Positions 53,907-64,000 of a DNA stretch of 64,000 bases are shown piece after piece; position 1 is the first letter of the stretch, and every line of letters begins with the position of its first letter. The position numbers and the translations under genes are program-made. Below the pieces are notes generated by a model. It saw only the letters and a list, made by a program, of their open reading frames with translations, did not search any database and had not been told where the DNA came from. This stretch comes from Eledone cirrhosa. Taxonomy: Eukaryota. The DNA is taken from NCBI GenBank assembly GCA_964016885.1, contig OZ024743.1:345216001-345280000 (forward strand), in the 5' to 3' direction.

Positions 53907-56900
53907 ATTGGGGCAGGACCGCCGGGCTTCTTTAGACGCCTGGAAGCCTTTCTGGGTACGTCTCGCCCTTTACTGTTAGCGGGGGACTGGAACGGCATCT
54001 TAGACGCACGCTGAGACTGTGTGGGAGTATCCGATAGGAGCGGGGGGTGCAAAAGCCTCAAGAACCTGATCAGCCAGTTCCAACTGTCTGACTGGTACCG
54101 ACTAGATTTCCATAATGCGCCAGTGTGGACCTGAACTAACCGCATAGGGTCATCTAAATCGTATATAGACAGGATATACATTAGGAAAATAGACAGAAAT
54201 AGTGTAAGCTGTCCACGTTTTGAACGGTCGCCTATTCAGATCACAAGTTTGTGATCTGTATGGTCGACCTAGATAAGACGCGTAGCTTAGGACCTGGTTA
54301 CTGGAAGCTAAACATGTCATTTCCAGCACGTAAGGATTACAGGGACCAGGTCAACAAATTAGTTAAGAAAAAGTTGACAGGGGAGTCGTCAACAATAGAT
54401 GGTGGGGGGCTCTCAAAAGAGAGATTAGAGTAATGTCGATAGAGTTTAGCAAAGAAGTAGCGTTAGAGAAAAATAGAAAGGAGGAGGAGTTTGTAGATAA
54501 GTTAGACGAGGCTATTGGTAGTAGCATTGCAACTGGCGTGCTAGCGCCAAGAATGGCATTAGACCATTTCTTCAATGCGAAACACGAAGGTTGCATTGTC
54601 AGAGCTAAGGCGCGTGCTCTGAGAAACGAGGGAACCAAAGCTGTTCGATGGGCCCGCGTGGCAGAGGCGCAGCGTGGTAATAAAACCACGATTCGGTCTT
54701 TGACGGACCGAGAAGGACACGAGCTGAGCGATTCCAAGCGGATGTGTGAAGCCTTTCGCCAACATTTTGCTCCATTGTTCGGGGGAAGGGAGTCAGAGAC
54801 GGTGGCGGACTTCAGTCCCTACCTCGATGGCTTGCCGCAACTCTCGACGGCTGACGCTGGGTGCTGCGAAAGGCCAATTACTTCAGCCGAGATTCAGAAT
54901 GCCTTGTCGGCTGCATGAAGCGCAAGTCACCCGGTTTGGATGGCCTGCCCTACGAGCTTTACGTAAATATGCCAGACTTGTTCTCCAATCTCCTCGAAGT
55001 CCTCTACTGCAACTGGCAGCAAAACGGATTATTACCAGTTCTGTGATCCGGGGCGTAGTGACACTGATAAGGAAAGACGAGAACAAGAGGGACACATTAG
55101 ACAATTTCAGGCCCATAACTCTGCTCAACACAGAGTTTAAGATTTTGGCCAGGGTGCTAGCGATGAGGTTGGCGCTTGTCGTTGGGGATTTGGTTGGGGA
55201 GGCGCAAACTTGCGCAATCCCAACCAGGTCCATACATGACAACCTCCACCTAATGCGATACATCATAGAGAGGGTAGGGTGTAAACCTGACTTCGGTGGG
55301 GCTCTGATCAATTTAGATCAATCGAAAGCATTCGATAGGGTCGATCATCAGTACCTGGAGGCTGTGCTCAAGGCGGCTGGCTTCGGCCCCGTCTTCAGAA
55401 GCTGGATCGCTGCAATGCACAGCGGCACCTACTCGGTGGTCAAAATTAATGGCCACCTCTCTGAACCGTTTCAGGTCTCCCGATCGGTCCGACAAGGGTG
55501 CCCTCTCTCTCTCTTCTGTACGTATAGGTTCTCGAGCCTTTACTGCGAAGCTGGAGCTGTTGCAGGGCATCCCGCTCAAACCGGGACGTGGAAAGGCTGT
55601 GTCGACTTATGCGGACGACATCACCGTGATGGTATCGGACACCTCAGAAATCTAGGTGGTCGGCAACTTACTGGAGGAATATGAAAGGTTGACGGGAGCA
55701 AAACTTAACACGGAAAAGTCGGTGGGCTTGCAACTCGGCACCTGGAGAAGCTAGTTCATGCCGTCCAACAGCGTCGTTAGGCGCTGGATGGACGGACCGG
55801 TAAAGTGGTTCGGGCCAGACCTCCAGGTGGATAAGAATTGGGACGAGGTGACGGGCAGGGTAGCCAGTCTCACCTAGAAATGAGCTGGGAGGAAGCTATC
55901 ACTGAAAGGTCAGGAGGAGGTGGCGTACATCGCGTCCGTCATCTACTACCGTCTGACCGTCGTCCCTTGCCCCCGTTCGCGCCCCGCCATCTTGGAGCGG
56001 CTCCTCTTCAAATGCTTGTGGAGGGGTCAGGTTCCGCTGGTGCGGTGGTCCATCTGCTGCCAGCACCCTCTACGTGGAGGGCTGGGCATGCTGTGGCTAA
56101 TGATGCGCAGACATGCGCTGAGGTTGCGGCATCTCCAGATATTCTGCCTCAACGGTGAACAGGTGTGGTGGCCGTTTGTCAGACGGGCCTTTCCGCAACT
56201 CGTTTCTTTGACTGAGCTGCAGTCCTGGGTCAAGAGGAGACCGAGACTGGGTGACTGGCATCTGGAATGTTTCCAGGCACACACTGCCATCTACCAGGCG
56301 GGCAATGCGGTCAGTGGAACTTCCACTTTCGAGTTCTATAGAGGATTAGCGGTGGGCAAGTGCGACGACGCACTCGGAGAGGCTCTGGGAGTCAACGAAG
56401 TCGAACTAACCAGTCTGTCCCGGAGGACTTTCGAGCCGGGGAGGATCGATAATTTCCAAAAATCCCTCGTTGGCAGTGCTACCGGGGGGCACTGCCGGTT
56501 CGAGATAATCTCTACAGGCACGGAAGTGCTGTCAGACGGACCTGCTCGAGATGCGCGCAGAGCGACGAAACCGTTCTGCATGCACTCGTCCACTGTCCGT
56601 GCATTACTAACTTGTGGAGTTATGTTGAACAGCTGTGGTCGCGTGTAGAACGCAATGGCTATCAGCCGAGTCTATAGTGAAGATCGACCCGCCGCCTTCT
56701 TTTGGCCAGGAAGGGCAGGCAATTTTCCTCTGTCTGGTGGCAGTAGCGAAAGAGGTTTATGGTGGACGAGGTTGAAAGGACTGAAGACAGACACTTTTCT
56801 CTTCGGCCAATCCCTCATCAACTTTTTCAAGTTTCACTTGGAAAGGAAGGTGAGGGTGGAGAAAGAAGTGCTGCCCCCCAGTACATTTGCTGAAAGGTGG

Positions 56901-57230
56901 GTGAATGTGGCGAGAATGGCCCGTGTGAGTGGGCCTACTCTGGTCATGCGGCTGTAAGTAGTTAAATTTGAGGTGGAGAGGGGTGCCCTTCCAGGGTGCT
57001 CTCGAAGCGTCGGGTCGTTCAGATTCGGTGGGGTACCTGAGCGAACACTAGGTGGTCATCCCCGCTATTGGGGAATTTTTTCTTGTTGTAATTTTCTTGT
57101 TACTTTGTTATTGTTATTCATATTGTTTACTCGAATTTTCTGTAAAACCCCACTGTCCCAGTCTTTTGTATTGTCCCCTATATGTCGGACCTTGTGGCCA
57201 ATAAATGAAATCATTATTATTATTATTATT
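53907..57230 (+). mobile_element. Tx1/L1-clade LINE, second copy
   Basis: GDWN, YIDRIY, YSDHK, GPGYWKLN, RT motifs, C-terminal RCAQSDETVLHALVHC knuckle, AATAAA and (ATT)n tail. Highly similar to 29399-32310 in the opposite orientation. Confidence 0.95.
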
Positions 57231-57267
57231 ATATATATATATTGTGTGTATGTTTGTGCGCGCGTGC

Positions 57268-57317
<50 letters not shown>

Positions 57318-57464
57318 GGGTAGGGGCTGTTCAACGGGCTCTTTAAACATATTCTTCCTTTTTAAAATGAAGTAAAAATATGAATAATTACGGTTATCAA
57401 TATAATATTTTATAAAGATTTTCATTCCAAAACTAAACAAGAATTGAACAATAGCAATTGTTGC

Positions 57465-57597
57465 CACTGGTAGCATCGGTAGAGGGTCTTGCCGGGGTTA
57501 GCTTTTGCCTTTCATCCTTATGGGGTCGATAAAATAAAGTACCAGTAATACACTGGGATAATTGCTGGCCTTGTGCCAAAAGTAGAAACAATTATTT
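57465..57597 (+). mobile_element. Internally deleted Meta-like SINE
   Basis: Head fused directly to the GCCTTTCATCCTTATGGGGTCGATAAAATAAAGTACCAGT core. Confidence 0.75.
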
Positions 57598-57716
57598 TCT
57601 AAAAAGCAGATATGACGGCTAAATTGAGAAGTATAGGGTGCGCTTAGATGTGTAGCGTATTCACTAATTAGTATTTTCTACGCGCAAGCTCATACACACA
57701 CACACACACACACATA

Positions 57717-57844
<128 letters not shown>

Positions 57845-58071
57845 CACATTCACATTAATATCAACGTACTTCTGTTACTTCGGTTTTGTGTTTCAACTGG
57901 TTCTTTGACGGGTTTCCACCAAACAAACATCGTTTGCAAATTTCGAACTTTCGACACACTTATTGATTATGAAGTTAATAGAAATTTAATACACTTAGAC
58001 TCAGTGAATACATATAAATACAGACAGGTGCTATAAACGGCTTAGAAAATTGCTGAAAGCTACTTTATAGA

Positions 58072-58448
58072 CCAGGGGCGTACAACGGGCGGCCCACGGG
58101 CCACTATCCAGCCCACCAGTTCAGTCAGAGTGGCCCGCGATGACCGTTTTTTTATTTTTACCTTGTAGGCTTATTTAGAATTTTTTTCGTAACCGTAATA
58201 CAATTTTCTGTTAGTTGACCTATACTAAAGGGCTTCACTGACAGGGTTATGTGTGTTATAATTTCCCAGTTCTATGTTATGAATAGTACTTAATAAATAT
58301 TAATGGCCCTAATAGTTGTTCCAATGTTCAAAAGTGGCCCGCCAATGGAACATGTTGCACAACTCTGTTATAGACTGAAACAAGTTGTCTGCGGCCGCTA
58401 TGAGGAACCAAACTTCATGTCTTCAGGACAAGGTTTGAGTACTCTAGT
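58072..58448. mobile_element. Possible hAT (Charlie-like) MITE
   Basis: CAGGGGCGTACAAC followed by several GGCCC(G/A)C subterminal motifs; degenerate right end AAGGTTTGAGTACTCTAG. Confidence 0.45.
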
Positions 58449-59205
58449 CATTCAGCTAAGGAACCTTCGCGAATTTATTGATCTTGTATATTTTATAGAT
58501 TTTGTTGATAACATTTTTACTCCTTCTAACAAAGCCTTTTTTATGAACTAGTTGATTATTTCTGCTTCATTCCTGCCATCGCCTCCCAAACTGATATCAT
58601 TACGGTGATCTACAATATAAAATCATTGACAGCCTACTGCTACTGCTACAAATCTAATAGCAATGTGAGTGGTAAGCAATCCAACGGATATATTCGGAAA
58701 TCTGGACAAACACACTGACGCAAATGTTGCCAGTCGAACATTACTTACGTAATTCATTATTCGTTCTGCACTTGGGAATGCAACCTCCACTAAACAGTTT
58801 AGGGCACTCAAAAAATATGTAATAATTTATTAATTTTGATGACAATTACTACTGATTTGCTTATAATTCGCCATCTTCCCACAAAATATTATTTAATATA
58901 AATAGACGCAGAAAATATATGTACATATGGTCGGTTGCTATATACAGCTTCGAAAATCGTGTAAAAACGCTTTATGACTGAAAAGCGGTCCCTGCGACTG
59001 TTACGAAGAATTGAATCTCATGTCTTTCAGACACCGTCTGAGTGCTAGTGTACCTCTGTTAATTTATTAATTTTATTGTTGACACCTATCGATTTGGTCA
59101 TCTATCGTCGTCTCCCCACAATATCTAATGCGACCGTCCATATTTAGTAAAATATTTCCGATAGCATTAAAGGACTGGATGAGCGGCAGGAATCACACGA
59201 TAGCG

Positions 59206-59492
<287 letters not shown>

Positions 59493-59734
59493 GAATAATC
59501 GAGAATCGGAAAAACAGCTTACGAATTAACGATAAACAATATCCGATATGTGTGGCAGAGGGCTCAATAATTTGGATAAATCAGAGCTATAACCATCGTT
59601 AAATTACCAACGCATAGAGATCATGCCTAAAAATCACCCGTACAGCCGAAAAAGAACGACCAGGAAGATTCGGGTCACTCAAATAAAATATCAATAAATC
59701 AATAAATTAAATGAATATATATAGATAGATAAAT

Positions 59735-60400
<666 letters not shown>

Positions 60401-60571
60401 TAATACTATATAACATTTCACACCTTTTATTATTAAGGTTTTTGTTGTTCTATTGAGAGAATCGTTTTTACTGAAAATAACGAATAATGTACACCATTTT
60501 TACCAGTATCACAGTATCACAAAAATACTGGTCCGGTAGAATTTCCAAAACTAATCAGATTAGAGCAAACA

Positions 60572-60748
60572 TCACGGACGCTCTATCTCAAAATTATTTT
60601 TGAAAAGCATTAGAAATGCGCAACCGGTAAAACTTAAGACCAAAACTGAATACTAACCAATACTATTACTAATTTTTACTTATTCCTAATTAAACTATTT
60701 TTCACTGGGAACAATTTGTCACCATTTTCTTTTCCTTTTACCAATATA
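60572..60748 (-). repeat. Dispersed copy of the Helitron-like internal segment
   Basis: Reverse complement of 16217-16402. Confidence 0.75.
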
Positions 60749-60778
60749 TCATAGAGGTGTGTTACACCTCTATTCTTT

Positions 60779-60869
<91 letters not shown>

Positions 60870-60873
60870 TTAT

Positions 60874-60907
<34 letters not shown>

Positions 60908-60927
60908 GTATATGTATGTATATATAT

Positions 60928-62248
60928 GTCGCCTGGCGGAACGGTTTACCGAACACCTCTGAGATATTCGTCTCGGTGGTAGTTCCCCCATTGCCCGCCA
61001 CTTTATGCCCCTGGACATTCCGCGCACCACCTCACAGTCTGTAGCCTACTCCAATGTCACGGAACACCCGCCACTCTCCTCAGGGTCAAACAACGAACCA
61101 TCTTCACACTACAGACCCACACTCCCCCCGGCTTGAACTCCCCACCCTTATTCCTTTAGCCTTCGACCGCCCCCCTCCTCCCACACATATCGCCCACTAA
61201 CACACCCCTCCTTTTCACCGCCCACCCCACATCTAACAATACTAACACCTCCACCCCACACCCGACCACCCTTCCCCAACTAACATACTAACATACTCCC
61301 CTCTTCCCCCCTCCCCTTATCACACGCACACACCCACCGGTACATATATAAACGCGCTCACACTAAACACACACCCTACTACCACCACTAACCCTCACCC
61401 CCACACATCCACCCCACCACCCCGCAACTAACATCACTAACACGCCCCGTCCCCACGCACACGAACACACACACCCACTTACACACCCACTCTACACGCA
61501 ACTAACATCACTAACACCCCCAACCCTACGCACACGAACACACACACCCACTTACCCTACCCCCTCTACACACCCTACCACCACTGACCCCCACTCACAC
61601 CCGCATTCAACCCTTTCCCCACCACCAGTATACTAACACCCACTAACACCCCCTTCACATCACACACACTCATCCAAACATGCACACACACACCAGTACA
61701 CTACACTCCCTCCACCGGCCCCCACACCCTTATCTCCCCGCTCCACCCACACCCTTTCTCACACACACACACATCCCACTAACACCTCTATTAATACACC
61801 CCCCCTCCTCACTCCAACTTTTACACCTACCCATCCTCTCCCCTGTCCACCGCACCTCCGCACACACTGACACACCGATTTTCTTCACTTACCATTCTAC
61901 CCTACTGCTGCTATGCCCTTTCTCTGACCACCTCCCCGTACACACAGACACACATCCCTCCTCCTGCCTTGACCCTCTGACCACTTCCTGTTGCGTGCGC
62001 ACCCCACATCTCCCCTCTTCCGACCAACCCAACCACGGATTACACATATTGGACATCGATCCCTAGAATCCACCACATCCCAAGGATATTACCCAGCATT
62101 CCACCACATCCTCTACGGAACTACCTTAAGGACTCACCCACAGACATACACTCAAAACAATTTTTTCCCACACGCCACCTACATCCACAACACGCATAAA
62201 CACCACACACACGTGCGTACCACCACATATTTACACACTCAGCCTCCG
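60928..62248 (+). mobile_element. Neptune-type Penelope element: GIY-YIG C-terminus and C/A-rich 3' region
   Basis: [12 protein letters not shown]...PIARHF / [12 protein letters not shown]...TIFTLQTHTPPGLN starts directly after (TA)n; followed by ~1 kb of strongly C/A-skewed repetitive sequence. Confidence 0.8.
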
Positions 62249-62250
62249 GA

Positions 62251-62600
62251 ATGATGGTATCCAATGATGTTAACATGTTCTTCTTTTTGGTAAATATCAT
62301 CTTGGTTAAGAGAGTGGGACTGGCTTTGTGCAGTGCCTTTGCTCACTATAAAAGCTTCACGGCACAGGATTTCTTTATATCTGGAGATCTCTCTGCACTT
62401 GTCGTCAGATGGTACCATGGGCCCAGCACTGTGTGTCAGTAATTGTCACAAGTGTAGTGTTTGTACCAGAGTTTTCAAGTCGCTGGCTGGACTAAAAAGT
62501 TACACTTGTTCAGCGCATCGGTAGGGGTTCCCCTACATGGATATAAAGTAGTGGCCGTACTCGAAAACGTGTTGGCAGCCACCATGTATGTATGTATGTG
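62251..62600 (+). mobile_element. RTE-derived element, 5'-truncated copy
   Basis: Matches 7746-8064 (inverted) and the last 15 nt of 8062-8292; (ATGT)n tail. Confidence 0.8.
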
Positions 62601-62845
62601 TGTGTGTGTGTGAGTGTGATATACAGACTTACATGACTTGCTGAAATGCATGCATCCACTTGTATATAACATATATCTGAATGCTTTTGACATAAGTAAG
62701 AATAAAACTTTGTACAAAATAGATACGCATGCGCTTGTGAGGGCGTGGGTTCAGTGAGGTTCGTTTTATGTTCAGTGTAGCTTTTCTTTTCTGCTTCATA
62801 CATATATATAAATGTATATATATATATATATATACATATATATAA

Positions 62846-62892
<47 letters not shown>

Positions 62893-64000
62893 AATGTACC
62901 TTTCATGAGTTGTGTTACAAAGTGTGAGGTTGCTAGGGTAAGCTTAAAACTTTGATGAAGGGTTGAAATAAAGATCGAACAAGCGAGAAAAAATAATGTA
63001 TCGAAGGAAGAATGTCTTTGAGTATTACGTTCAGTTGATTCCAGCAGCAGCTTCTACAACAACAACAATGATAATAACATCAACTTACAAATATAGAAAA
63101 AGAATAAAAAGCATTAACTACAATATCTATAACAACATAAGCAAAGATTTAACACCAAGTAAGTGTTGATGTTATTAAAAAGAATGAATACATCTAAAAC
63201 ACACTGAAATGCCTTACCGTTAGTTCTTTTCATTTCATATAACTAAATACACAATATATTACTAAACAAACAGTAAATATAACATTGAAGTTCACAAAAT
63301 TCGAAATAAACCCACATAAATAATACAAAATTGACACGCATTATATGTGAGAATTACACATGAAAACATAAAAGGTGTACACCAAATATCTCCAAGAAAT
63401 ATTAAGAAAACTCTAAAAATATATATAGATATATAGATATATATGTGTGTAAAATATAACAAAATCGTAGACAATGTTATTTGGCAGAATCTTTAGAGCG
63501 AACTGTAAAATATCTTTCTTTATTTTTTCTGACTCTTAGTTCTCAAAATTCAAATTCCGCCGGTGTCAATATTGGTTTTTATTTTTTCAGGTTCGATAAA
63601 ATGTACCAGCCGGAGGCGGAGATCGATGGAATTGGTATTGCCTTATGTCCTTTGTTTTAGCTGTCTGCCCTGTAAGTTGAAATACCACAGAAATCAAATT
63701 TGCCTTACATTGTTTCAAGGTTGAGAAAGTGAAGTAGAAATTCAGTGTTGTGGTTTGCGGAAAGGTTAAGAACGTCAGTCAAGATATTTAGTTACGAGAT
63801 ATTTGTTCCGGATTTCAGCATTCGGAGTTGAAATGGGTCGTAGATTTTGATCTCTAACCTATTTAAAACATCATCACCTAGCCCTTGTATGGGTTAGCTG
63901 AGTCAACTGGGCTACAAGCATTCGAACCTGATCTACAGTTTGAGAATACATCTATGCTTCCTTCCCCTGAATCATACGGGCCCTAAATTGAGTCATGGGA

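Noticed and set aside
58974-59024. ATGA-CTGAAAA-GCGGTC..GACTGT..CGAA..TCAT
   Set aside because: G8 is lost without compensation and spacing is irregular.

Overview
AT-rich, microsatellite-dense eukaryotic DNA with no recognisable host exon. The repeat landscape (Meta-domain and V-domain tRNA-SINEs, RTE, RTE-X and Tx1 LINEs, many (TA)n/(CA)n tracts) suggests an intergenic or intronic region of a cephalopod (octopus-like) genome; this is inference. Nearly all listed ORFs are microsatellite translations. Real coding remnants belong to transposons: two inverted Tx1/L1-clade LINEs, RTE, RTE-X, R4/Dong, Vingi, Tc1/mariner and a Neptune-type Penelope GIY-YIG end. The most striking signal is about a dozen short (0.1-0.85 kb) elements from several unrelated sequence families nested in (TA)n tracts. 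Most share one architecture: two inverted arms with 3' ends facing outward, one arm carrying a 30-80 nt unpaired tail, the other ending at an internal TAT/TATA microhomology with the target. Several contain type I hammerhead ribozyme motifs, including a U3-A8 compensatory core and long loop-2 inserts. Two families, plus one degenerate locus, share a covarying UU-bulged hairpin in the tail. These look like Penelope-like (PLE) fold-back insertions or retrozyme-like derivatives that record a priming mechanism. All coordinates were read by eye and may be off by a few nt.
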